Source: a virus
Lineage: Duplodnaviria > Caudoviricetes
DNA: 64,000 nt
Direction: 5' to 3' (one strand)
IMG/VR virus record: IMGVR_UViG_3300033463_000056
Location: 1-64,000 of that record
Below the pieces are notes generated by a model. It was not told the origin of the DNA, made no database searches, and saw nothing but the letters and a program-made list of their open reading frames with translations. Both the position numbers and the translations under genes were made by a program. Positions 55,650-64,000 of the stretch are shown in pieces. How positions within the stretch are numbered: the first letter of the stretch is position 1; the number at the start of each line of letters is the position of its first letter.

Positions 55650-56453
55650 CTATTGCGCATTATTTAAGATTCCGAAGTCCGTAGTGAACGTCCTGATGGC
55701 GGAGCTTACGATACGCGCTTCTGCGGCAGTTAAGCCATCACAGACACCACAAATGGACGTGCAGCAATATCCTTTCGCCAAGTTGAAGTAGGTCGTATTA
55801 TTGGTAGATGTAAGGACAGAGGTCGTTAACTCGTCATCATCACACACAATAACACGGCTCCCGTTGTCCTTTGCAGACATCACAATCCAGTTCGGAGTGT
55901 CGAAACCGGTCGCTTTAGGTATAGAAGCGGTCGAGCCGCCAATAACCGCACAAGACATCACGGAGGCTTCCCATTTGAAGACAATTTCACCCAACTGCAC
56001 CTGGGCGCCGGAGGAACTCTGCAAAGGATGCCCAAGCGCCAGAGTGAATGACGCAAACAGGCTCATCGAAGAATCCGTCAAACCATCCGTGAGGCTGGAA
56101 TAGCCAATGCCTTCGGTGCCTCCTGCCATAGACGCGGGCTCAACACCCTTCTTGTCTTCAATAACAACCGTCGTGGAAGGATACGATTTGGGGTACGTCC
56201 CCTCGGTGATAATGTCGTAAAGCGAATTTGAATCCGCATCTGTGGAGACTGCAAGGCACGGCATATACAGATGCTTGATCTTCGGCCAGATGCCGTTACT
56301 GCCATCCGCACCGAGTGAACGGAGAAAAGCCTCTACAGGAGCCTTGTTCGCATCTGTGAGACCACCGTAGTTTGAAACAATGGTACTCATAAGGCCGCTG
56401 ATATCGACAAGTCCATACACCGAGAAATCAGCATTTTTGATTATTATTCTCAT
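55650..56453 (-). CDS. Fibre partner protein (module A)
   Basis: MRIIIKNADFS N-terminus parallels MGIAVIIPNVSF of the module B partner. Confidence 0.7.
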   Translation of the reverse strand: MRIIIKNADFSVYGLVDISGLMSTIVSNYGGLTDANKAPVEAFLRSLGADGSNGIWPKIKHLYMPCLAVSTDADSNSLYDIITEGTYPKSYPSTTVVIEDKKGVEPASMAGGTEGIGYSSLTDGLTDSSMSLFASFTLALGHPLQSSSGAQVQLGEIVFKWEASVMSCAVIGGSTASIPKATGFDTPNWIVMSAKDNGSRVIVCDDDELTTSVLTSTNNTTYFNLAKGYCCTSICGVCDGLTAAEARIVSSAIRTFTTDFGILNNAQ

Positions 56454-56463
56454 ATGTTAATCT

Positions 56464-58521
56464 TTATAAATTAAATCGGTAGTGAATTTTCTTCGTCCGT
56501 TCCGTTTCGCTCATGTCGAACGCCTTGTACGCTCCGTAGTTCACGCGGTAGATATCCTGCGAAACAGTGTCAATTTCAAGCATCGTGAGCTTGATACTAT
56601 TCAACGTTCCATCCTGCTTCGCAACCTTGTTGAGCGCAACGCCCTCTGCGCCCATTGACGGCGCGCCAAGCATAAGCATGTCATACATCTTGCTTCCATC
56701 TGCCTTCTGTACCTGATATTCATTCTCGGAATGGATGTGTCCGAAAAGGTGACAGATGTAATGGAGATTACCGATGTTAGAAAAGTCCTCGTTGATGATT
56801 ATGTTCCTGTCGCCGGAGTCATCTGCATAGGTCTTGGAAAGCGTGGTCTTTCGCTGCATCGCGTCAATAATATCGGGAACCAGGAACGGATCTTGATGGA
56901 AGTTACAGTCAGACCTAAACGGTCCAGATGTCGTGTAATCATCACTAAGTTTTAAGTCCCCGAAGCCATAGTGCATCATCGTGATTACTTTGTATCCGTT
57001 GTTCGCAGCACCTTTTAGAGTGTTGATCAACCAATTAATCTGCGTCTGAGAAAAGACACAGTTCATCGAGGCGAATCCAGCATACGGGGTGGTTTGGTTA
57101 CTCCCATATACATTGTAGTATTCCCCATCGTCATAGTCCGCAGGATCAAGATTGATAACACGTATTGTTCCGATCGTGGCGTTCGGAGTGATATCTATAT
57201 ATCCGTATGCGCGATAGTTCGCGGAATCGCCGAAGTGATAGTTCGAGCCGTTCTTGCTCGCCATCATCGCACAGATGATGTCATAATACTGTTTCTTCGT
57301 GATTCCAGGAACGTCGTGGTTGCCGGATGAAACGATGATAGGCAACGACGTAGCTCCTATAGCATTGACGTAAGCCGTCAACTCCGGGAGTGGATTACCA
57401 GGCGCAGCCCCCTGTGCCGCATTGGCGTTATCGCCCGTGTCCACGACGAGGTCGGCAAGGTCTTTTAAGCCAATGGCTTCATTAAGGTTCGCAATGGTCG
57501 CGTGGTTGTCCGAAAAGTGCATGATTCGGAGTCTGTCGTACCATACACGATTATACTTCCCCTTCTTATAGGAGTAGTAGTCTTCCTTGAACGCCAATTT
57601 CCTCTGCGCCTTGTCGTCAACGCCCGCACTTGTATTCTTCAACTCCTCAATTTCACTGACCACCTGCTCGGAATCGAAATACTTCGTCCGAACGTGGCCT
57701 TCTTCAAAGAGAACAATATCCTTTCCGTTCTTGTCTCCGATTGACAGGTTGTTTATTCCTATATCCGAAACATCTCTATAAATCTCAGAAAGAGATATTG
57801 AAGATGCTCCATCCTTGATCTTGACATCTGTTGCCTCAATCCCGGAGGTGTCAACCCTTGCGACGAACGAGCCACCGTCTGTCTGGAATTCCAAGCACTC
57901 ATCTTGCGCCGGTGAGCTAACGAACGTGACGTTGTGCACCTTCTTGCTAAGAATATCAATATCATCACCGATACGCTTCCCCTCAGCAGCGCTTAAACCC
58001 TTCGTGGCATCGTCTGTGGTGCGGTTATTAACCAGTTCGTATGGATAATCAACGGATGAGCCCGTGTTTCCCTGCTCACCCTTAATGCCAGAAAGGGATA
58101 TGGAAAGAACACCATCGTTTACTCTCGCCGTACCGGAAGGGGATCCCGTTGTATTACTTACATTGACGGTGAATGTACCACTGTTGATTCCAGCAGGTCC
58201 GACGGGGCCTGTCGCTCCAGTGTCACCCTTCGGCCCCTGCAATCCAGGAAGCCCCTGCTCGCCTTGTGGACCACGCTCGCCGGTATCGCCCTTGTCTCCT
58301 TTCTCGCCCTTCTCGCCTCTTCCGCTTCTTGAGGAACGTTTCCAAACAGTATCATCGGTTCCGGGGACAACATTCCGGTTCGGCTTTACGGATATATAAG
58401 AACATCCATCTCCGCCGTCTTCCTCGGCATAATACACCTGGGTCAGCGTGTCATAGTATTTACCATGCACATAATTGCCGTCAACCGTAATGGATACTTT
58501 GTATAATTTGTTATCAGTCAT
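56464..58521 (-). CDS. Collagen-like fibre protein, paralog A, with a C-terminal calcineurin-like metallophosphoesterase
   Basis: Gly-X-Y repeats; SDNH, TGDN, GNHD, MMH and GHIH motifs; start MTDNK matches paralog B. Confidence 0.85.
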   Translation of the reverse strand: MTDNKLYKVSITVDGNYVHGKYYDTLTQVYYAEEDGGDGCSYISVKPNRNVVPGTDDTVWKRSSRSGRGEKGEKGDKGDTGERGPQGEQGLPGLQGPKGDTGATGPVGPAGINSGTFTVNVSNTTGSPSGTARVNDGVLSISLSGIKGEQGNTGSSVDYPYELVNNRTTDDATKGLSAAEGKRIGDDIDILSKKVHNVTFVSSPAQDECLEFQTDGGSFVARVDTSGIEATDVKIKDGASSISLSEIYRDVSDIGINNLSIGDKNGKDIVLFEEGHVRTKYFDSEQVVSEIEELKNTSAGVDDKAQRKLAFKEDYYSYKKGKYNRVWYDRLRIMHFSDNHATIANLNEAIGLKDLADLVVDTGDNANAAQGAAPGNPLPELTAYVNAIGATSLPIIVSSGNHDVPGITKKQYYDIICAMMASKNGSNYHFGDSANYRAYGYIDITPNATIGTIRVINLDPADYDDGEYYNVYGSNQTTPYAGFASMNCVFSQTQINWLINTLKGAANNGYKVITMMHYGFGDLKLSDDYTTSGPFRSDCNFHQDPFLVPDIIDAMQRKTTLSKTYADDSGDRNIIINEDFSNIGNLHYICHLFGHIHSENEYQVQKADGSKMYDMLMLGAPSMGAEGVALNKVAKQDGTLNSIKLTMLEIDTVSQDIYRVNYGAYKAFDMSETERTKKIHYRFNL

Positions 58522-58522
58522 A

Positions 58523-58921
58523 TTACACAATTCTTAAATATCCTGTTTCCTGATCGAAGACCAGATGCTGATTTACGCCGAATTCCCCTTCGACAAGATG
58601 GAGATACATGTTCTCATCGACATATGCATTCGACCAAATTGAATCGCCTTTGTCGCCCTTGATAATTTTCTGGGCTGCTTGGACTATTGCATCATACGCC
58701 TCCTTCGCATTCACGAAGGACTCGAGAAGCAATCCATAAGTGCAGCAGGTAGACATACCGATATCCCTTGTCTGGATCAACCGGTATCCATCACAATGCC
58801 TGCTTCCTCCATTCTTCAGTATCTGAAACGCATCTTTGTCGCTTGTGGCGGCAACCAACGCGATTCCGGATTCGGAACCCACCGTGAAGGAGATAGTATA
58901 CAGATGATATGCGTCGGTCAT
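58523..58921 (-). CDS. Hypothetical fibre-associated protein
   Basis: Short KGDKGD collagen element; C-terminal DQETGYLRIV. Confidence 0.65.
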   Translation of the reverse strand: MTDAYHLYTISFTVGSESGIALVAATSDKDAFQILKNGGSRHCDGYRLIQTRDIGMSTCCTYGLLLESFVNAKEAYDAIVQAAQKIIKGDKGDSIWSNAYVDENMYLHLVEGEFGVNQHLVFDQETGYLRIV

Positions 58922-58946
58922 AAAAATTTCCCTTTTAATACGTTAA

Positions 58947-58997
58947 CAAACATAAACAAAAGGGAAACTCGAACGACGAACACAAATGGTTCTGTTA
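58947..58997 (-). promoter_or_regulatory. Putative late promoter for the fibre operon
   Basis: Sense TATGTTTG, GTCGTTCG 15 nt upstream, degenerate upstream box. Confidence 0.55.
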
Positions 58998-59011
58998 TAT
59001 GGGAAAAGGAA

Positions 59012-59043
59012 TTTGCTTTATTATCCGAATTATAGTATCTTTG
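59012..59043 (+). promoter_or_regulatory. Full Bacteroidetes sigma-A consensus promoter
   Basis: TTTG-N20-TATCTTTG, 3 nt before the ATG at 59047. Confidence 0.7.
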
Positions 59044-59046
59044 AAT

Positions 59047-59436
59047 ATGATAACGCAAAACGATGAACTTATTCCGATGCCGATATGCGGAATAGAAATC
59101 CTTGATTTTCTATTAGCATTAATTTATATCGTAATTCCTATCGCAATGTTAATAATTGCAATGAAAAGCGATATGAATGTTGTTTTAAAGTCGATAATTG
59201 CAATAATATCGATAACGTCATGTATTTTAGCCACAAAAGAACTGATTGATTTCCTTGGAGCTTTCGAATCAGTTCATTGCAAGACCAGCTTGTTCCGTCA
59301 TCCTTTAGGTGTAAGCAGAAGAACGGTTTACCAATCAATAAGAATGTTCGGGATAAACACTTTCAGTTTACCGGCGACAATACTTACATTCCTCTCCATC
59401 GCATTTGTTATTATACGCGGATATTCCAAGGGCTAA
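59047..59436 (+). CDS. Three-TM membrane protein, moron-like
   Basis: AT-rich, opposite strand, own promoter; in-frame start MITQNDE. Confidence 0.6.
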   Translation: MITQNDELIPMPICGIEILDFLLALIYIVIPIAMLIIAMKSDMNVVLKSIIAIISITSCILATKELIDFLGAFESVHCKTSLFRHPLGVSRRTVYQSIRMFGINTFSLPATILTFLSIAFVIIRGYSKG

Positions 59437-62400
59437 ATTCCTCTTTTCCACTAACGCCCGCTATTTCATTTATTGCCTTTATGACGGCATCTTTCGAATG
59501 GTGCATCAGATATCGTAGATTCTTTCCTCCTTCATGCTCGAATATTTTGTCGTAGTCTGAGGATTTGAATTCCGCATTCGGGCCCATTGAATCAAATATC
59601 CCATTCTTCTGCAGGAAATATCGAAGTGCCATCAGGTCCGAATAGTTCTCGCTTGCCTCAGCGTCGTGTTCATTAACCTGTATATTCGGACGAAGAAGAT
59701 ACATCCAATACGGCGGAACCTTCGTATAGTCATTTCCATAATACGGAGACAAGTCCTTGTTTTTTCGAAGCGGATGATACCAATCATCATATCTTGTGTT
59801 AAACAAAGGATTCAAATGAGCCATTTCGTGTGCGGCAACAATGCCGGGATATAGCCCTTCGCCATATTTGTTATCTTCGGAAATCGCTTTGTCTATGATT
59901 GTTTTCCCGAGAATCGTATTTGACGTAGGAAAATCCATATAATACGGAACGAGCCCTATATTTACCTCGCCATTTCCGGACGTATACGAATCCCAAATAT
60001 CCATGTCGGGATACACATACATTTCCGTTTTCAATTTCAAGTCTTTTGCCGGCAAACCAGCATCAGCCATCCTTTTCTTATATCCATCTGACGAATAGTA
60101 ATTTTCAACAAAAGTTGTAGCGTCCCACGCGTCGTTCATATTGTCCGGAATTCTTACCGGTGTGTCAAGATATATAGCAGTTGTTCTTTTTGGACCGCCC
60201 TCTTCAAACTTATTCTCCTTAATTCTTTGAATCGCTTTCTTTAATTTGTCCGGTGAGTATTTCTCCATCATCCGCTTTGGAAGAATCATCGAACCACCTT
60301 CTTCGAACGCCCACTCCTGTTTAAGATAATCCTCTGGAACATCGACCTCATACCAGGTATTGCCCTTCGGATCGGTCACTGTACGGATTTCTGCATTCTT
60401 ATAGAGTTTCTTGAACTGCTTCGGAAAAGCATCATACTTCTGAAGAATCGTTTCAGCCGATTTCGGGTCCCCATCGATAGTGTAGACCTCCTTTTTCGTA
60501 ATTCCAGGTTTTAACTGAGAATGATTTTCAAGTATATTTCGCTTTTGGCCCTCAAGGTCTACTACATCTGAATATGTGTTTTGTGTCAGCCAAACAGTTT
60601 TATCATTTTCATGTCTGCGAAAAGCGATTGAGCCAAACTCCTCGTCTTTATTTGTTAAATCTTGAATTCGTTTTTCAATATCATCGTATTTATTCTTCCA
60701 TTCCTTTGAAAGCTCAGTTACGCTTCCACTCTTCGTAACATCGTTTCCGTTTACGTCGTAATATGCTTCGCCCTTACCATATCCTTCAATCTTCGCCGCT
60801 GTTTCCCTTGTAGGATATCGCATCTTTTTCTGACCTTTTTCAGCCGCATAACGAAGATTTTCTTGAATCTGACGAGAAGTAAAATTGTCGGCAAGGTAGT
60901 CCTGCTGAGCAGCCAGTTTTGGGTTCTTTCGCATATCAAGTTCGTTAGAAAGTTCTTTCAACAACTGCTTATCCTTGTCTATTTGTTTCCTTAAAGAATC
61001 TTCGAACCACGCTGACATATCCGACCCGTCGTTCATCTTCTTAGTCCTTAGACCTTCCATCTCGCCATTTATCGAATCCCGAAGATTTTTTATCCTTCTT
61101 TCTAGAGAATTAATTCTTTTCTGGTTATACTCACCACCAAAATTCTTTTTGTCATACCGTTGCGCCCAATCACTCTGACTTTCCATTACATGAAGCACGT
61201 CCGGTTCATCGGCTATAGTATAAGTACGAGAATGACCAAGCGTGTTTGGATCATAATGCCTCGCGGAGCCATTAGGAATACGAGGAGAAGAGAACGTGTA
61301 TGTATCCAATGTTACGCCATGCTCTTTTTTGTATAATGGCTCAAGTTGACCAATTGTATATTCGTCACCAGTTCTTGTGTCTATAAATTCACTTGGCCAC
61401 TCATATTCCTTTTGATACGGCATTCTTTCACGCGCCGGCTTATAATATCCTTTTGATAACGCCCATTCTTTTATGTCCTTATCGCTTCCGCCCCAATTAA
61501 GTGCTTCTCCTCCATAATTGTCATACCTCGTATCCGGAGTCCTATCATAAGTAATCAACTCGTCCTGAACGGCCTTCCTGAATTTATTGTAGTCAATAGA
61601 CTTTTGTCCGGCGAATTCCTCCGAAGAAAGCACCTTGTCAATGACAACCTGTTCCACTTTGCTTCCCTTATTGGCGAGCGCACGGACATTGTTCACATTG
61701 ACTGTACCATTCTTCGATAATTGCTTTTCCAACGGATTTCCTCGCATCAGAGACTTCAGCATATATCCTCCACCAAGGTCTGCAATTTCATACGATTTCG
61801 TTGCAGCCGGAACAGCCTCCATCGTCGCCCTCGCCGCAGGCAACGCATAAGTGAAGTTCGTACTAACCCTCCCAGGAGTATTTTCAAGCATCGCACGAAA
61901 AATATCTTCGCCGAAATTCGTAGCTTCGTCAACATAATTACGCAGATATCCATAACCCCTTCCCAAGGCACCCAGACCAAGACCCATAGCAGCAGCCATG
62001 CCCAGGTCCCTTCCGACCTTTCCATATTCTCCGTTCGCAGTATCAGCGCCCATGTGCCCGAGCCAGGTTATCGCACCGGCTGGAGTAGGCGTAAGACCGA
62101 CAACGGTATCAACCGTATTGAATATCTTTTGGCCAGCCCTGTTCATCGCCTCGGAAACAGGTTTCACTCCGTAAAGGTATCCTTCAGCATATCTCCGTGC
62201 GGTCTCTTGAGAGCCGTTGAACTTTTCAGGCAATGCGGCAGTGATAACGGAAGGGTCAATAGTCCCCCCATACAAATCCGGCGTCTCCTGAAGATACTGT
62301 AGATAATCTCCGCCCAAAGGAATTACGCCATAGGGACCACCATCGTCGAAATAATTCTGCAAGAATCCTCCGTCCCCGTGGTGCCACTTTCTCGAATTCA

Positions 62401-63523
62401 GCGCGAACACAGCCATCTTCTTCTGTGCCGGTGTCCCATGAGCCTTAAACCAAGAAGCAGAATGCCCAGTGCGTTTCTTCAATGCCGTGAACTTTCCGCG
62501 ATTTTCGGGCTTGATTCTAATCGGACCACCGTTCCTGCGGAAAATAGGATATTCATTCTCGAGCGTATCTATCTCCTCGAGCAATTTCTTATTCCTACCG
62601 AGCTCCTTTCCGCCAGAATATCTCTTGTAATTCTTCCGGATCATGTCCATATTCCCGGAATGGAATCCCTCCATCAACGAAGGGAATTTCTGCAATCCCG
62701 GATTATACGAATAATCCACCAGGATACTCTGTGATTTATCACTCAACTTATCCCATTCTCCCTCCCCGTACTTCTTATCATATACCCTCTTGGCCGCATC
62801 ATAATACTTCTGGGCCAAAGTATCCGCAAATTCCGTAGCCTGCTCATCTGTGAGATATCCCTGCTTCAAAGCCAACTTCGCTTCCGGAGTACCATTGGAC
62901 AGCTTGATCCCATATGCTATCGTATCAGCACCACCCTCTACAGATTTATGGGGATACCATCTACCTTCCTTCGCATTCCAACCACCTTTCGGATTCGTCT
63001 TGCTGTTCTCCACAGCCATAATCCTTCTGGCCGCATCCTTCACGGGATCGAGAATCGAAACAACGGCAGATTCTTCCACGGTTCCGCGAGACGGGTCATA
63101 CATGAAAGGAACCAATCCCCTAACCTCCGGAACCTGGACATCATACGCCAGTTCGCCGCTTCCATTCGGCAACAGATCCGGCTGGAAATACATCGGATAC
63201 GCCTGCTTGTAATTCTCCGTGAAAATCTTCGCATCCGGCGTAGACATCTGTAACGTATCACCCCGATACACGGCCCTATCATAAGCCATATCGTCATCAA
63301 ACGCATGCAACCCATCACCTACGCTCTGCACGGTAGGATACACAACAGCATTCCCCTTCCCGTCATCACGATAAGCAAGACCGTGCGTAGAGAAACTTCC
63401 GTCATCGTTCACGACATACTGCCTTCTCTGGTCGAGAAGCCTTTTCACGAAATCAGCACTCGAGGTGGAATTCACCTTCTCGGCTATACGCTTCACTCTA
63501 TCCGATGTATCAAATACTTTCAT
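59411..63523 (-). CDS. Multi-domain (polyvalent) virion protein with a lysozyme-like domain and a C-terminal zincin-like domain, about 1,370 aa
   Basis: IMAVENS...KSVEGGADTIAYGIKL...LVDYSYN (T4-lysozyme-like); IKPENRGKF basic module; HYD..TLGHSR...ESQSDW domain; AAHEMAH. Probable start MKVFD. Confidence 0.8.
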   Translation of the reverse strand: MKVFDTSDRVKRIAEKVNSTSSADFVKRLLDQRRQYVVNDDGSFSTHGLAYRDDGKGNAVVYPTVQSVGDGLHAFDDDMAYDRAVYRGDTLQMSTPDAKIFTENYKQAYPMYFQPDLLPNGSGELAYDVQVPEVRGLVPFMYDPSRGTVEESAVVSILDPVKDAARRIMAVENSKTNPKGGWNAKEGRWYPHKSVEGGADTIAYGIKLSNGTPEAKLALKQGYLTDEQATEFADTLAQKYYDAAKRVYDKKYGEGEWDKLSDKSQSILVDYSYNPGLQKFPSLMEGFHSGNMDMIRKNYKRYSGGKELGRNKKLLEEIDTLENEYPIFRRNGGPIRIKPENRGKFTALKKRTGHSASWFKAHGTPAQKKMAVFALNSRKWHHGDGGFLQNYFDDGGPYGVIPLGGDYLQYLQETPDLYGGTIDPSVITAALPEKFNGSQETARRYAEGYLYGVKPVSEAMNRAGQKIFNTVDTVVGLTPTPAGAITWLGHMGADTANGEYGKVGRDLGMAAAMGLGLGALGRGYGYLRNYVDEATNFGEDIFRAMLENTPGRVSTNFTYALPAARATMEAVPAATKSYEIADLGGGYMLKSLMRGNPLEKQLSKNGTVNVNNVRALANKGSKVEQVVIDKVLSSEEFAGQKSIDYNKFRKAVQDELITYDRTPDTRYDNYGGEALNWGGSDKDIKEWALSKGYYKPARERMPYQKEYEWPSEFIDTRTGDEYTIGQLEPLYKKEHGVTLDTYTFSSPRIPNGSARHYDPNTLGHSRTYTIADEPDVLHVMESQSDWAQRYDKKNFGGEYNQKRINSLERRIKNLRDSINGEMEGLRTKKMNDGSDMSAWFEDSLRKQIDKDKQLLKELSNELDMRKNPKLAAQQDYLADNFTSRQIQENLRYAAEKGQKKMRYPTRETAAKIEGYGKGEAYYDVNGNDVTKSGSVTELSKEWKNKYDDIEKRIQDLTNKDEEFGSIAFRRHENDKTVWLTQNTYSDVVDLEGQKRNILENHSQLKPGITKKEVYTIDGDPKSAETILQKYDAFPKQFKKLYKNAEIRTVTDPKGNTWYEVDVPEDYLKQEWAFEEGGSMILPKRMMEKYSPDKLKKAIQRIKENKFEEGGPKRTTAIYLDTPVRIPDNMNDAWDATTFVENYYSSDGYKKRMADAGLPAKDLKLKTEMYVYPDMDIWDSYTSGNGEVNIGLVPYYMDFPTSNTILGKTIIDKAISEDNKYGEGLYPGIVAAHEMAHLNPLFNTRYDDWYHPLRKNKDLSPYYGNDYTKVPPYWMYLLRPNIQVNEHDAEASENYSDLMALRYFLQKNGIFDSMGPNAEFKSSDYDKIFEHEGGKNLRYLMHHSKDAVIKAINEIAGVSGKEEFSPWNIRV

Positions 63524-63527
63524 GTCG

Positions 63528-63578
63528 CAAATATTAACCAAATATCCTTTCAGGATACACGAGTAACAAGGTTACTTA
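63528..63578 (-). promoter_or_regulatory. Putative late promoter for the polyvalent protein gene
   Basis: Sense TAAG-TAACCTT-GTTA, N5, GTATCCTG, N15, AATATTTG. Confidence 0.55.
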
Positions 63579-63854
63579 TATCAAACAAGCCGCCCCCTTC
63601 TTCTTTTTCTGGCCATATCCCCCTACCCCTGCCTACTGTAAAAAATTTGGGCTGGGTAGCAATTTCAAGAAAACAAACGATATGCGTTTATACGAGAAAC
63701 GGACAGTATGTATTTATGCAGGAGGCTGCTATAATTTGGACCCCGTACAATATGTGTACGAGCGAAAGGTACTCCTACTCATCCCCACCCCCAATACTTA
63801 GCGGGGTGCAGTGCCCCCGGAGTAAATATTTCTTAATTAAAACACACAATTATT

Positions 63855-64000
63855 ATGGAAAAGACCATTCTTGACCTGTTTCTTGACAAGGTGATTGTTG
63901 AACTTCGTTCCGAGCTCGCCGCTCGCCGTGAGAAGGACAAGGACGCCGACAGCGCTATGCTGAAGTTCGATGTCTTCGAAGTCCTTCGGGCTCTCGGTGC
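63855..64000 (+). CDS. First gene of the oppositely transcribed (probable early) region, partial
   Basis: MEKTILDLFLDKVIVELRSELAARREKDKD... open to the window end, with an A-rich leader. Confidence 0.65.
   Translation, partial: MEKTILDLFLDKVIVELRSELAARREKDKDADSAMLKFDVFEVLRALG

Noticed and set aside
50504-58921. Diversity-generating retroelement acting on the fibre genes
   Set aside because: No reverse transcriptase and no template/variable repeat pair differing at adenines was seen; paralog similarity is N-terminal and not adenine-specific
1-64000. Stop-codon reassignment, known in some crAss-like phages
   Set aside because: Core genes are full length in the standard code, and TAG and TGA both end genes at sensible positions (for example 6729 and 16823)

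Overview
A 64-kb segment of a crAss-like (Crassvirales) phage genome, with a Bacteroidales-type host inferred from TAnnTTTG promoter boxes. It uses the standard genetic code and covers the late/virion module, almost all on the minus strand. From right to left: a 1,370-aa multi-domain lysozyme/zincin protein; two paralogous collagen-fibre modules (one with a metallophosphoesterase, one with a CotH-like kinase, the latter inserted into and splitting a BACON-like gene); small conserved genes including GroES-like and HU-like proteins and a free-standing HNH endonuclease; terminase, portal, fibre, lysis cassette, scaffold, major capsid, ring/hub/muzzle and cargo genes; and a giant virion RNA polymerase gene (DFDGD motif) that runs off the left edge and is missing from the ORF track. 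The strand switch to the probable early region is at about 63.6-63.85 kb. Main observations: (1) a tripartite late-promoter motif with identical spacing at six loci; (2) a 4-kb fibre/kinase cassette ending in a tiny gene bracketed by 22-bp repeats that may be recombination sites; (3) a recurrent xxxGG peptide that punctuates the putative packaged proteins. Assignments to crAss001 gene numbers rest on synteny and recalled motifs, not on database searches.
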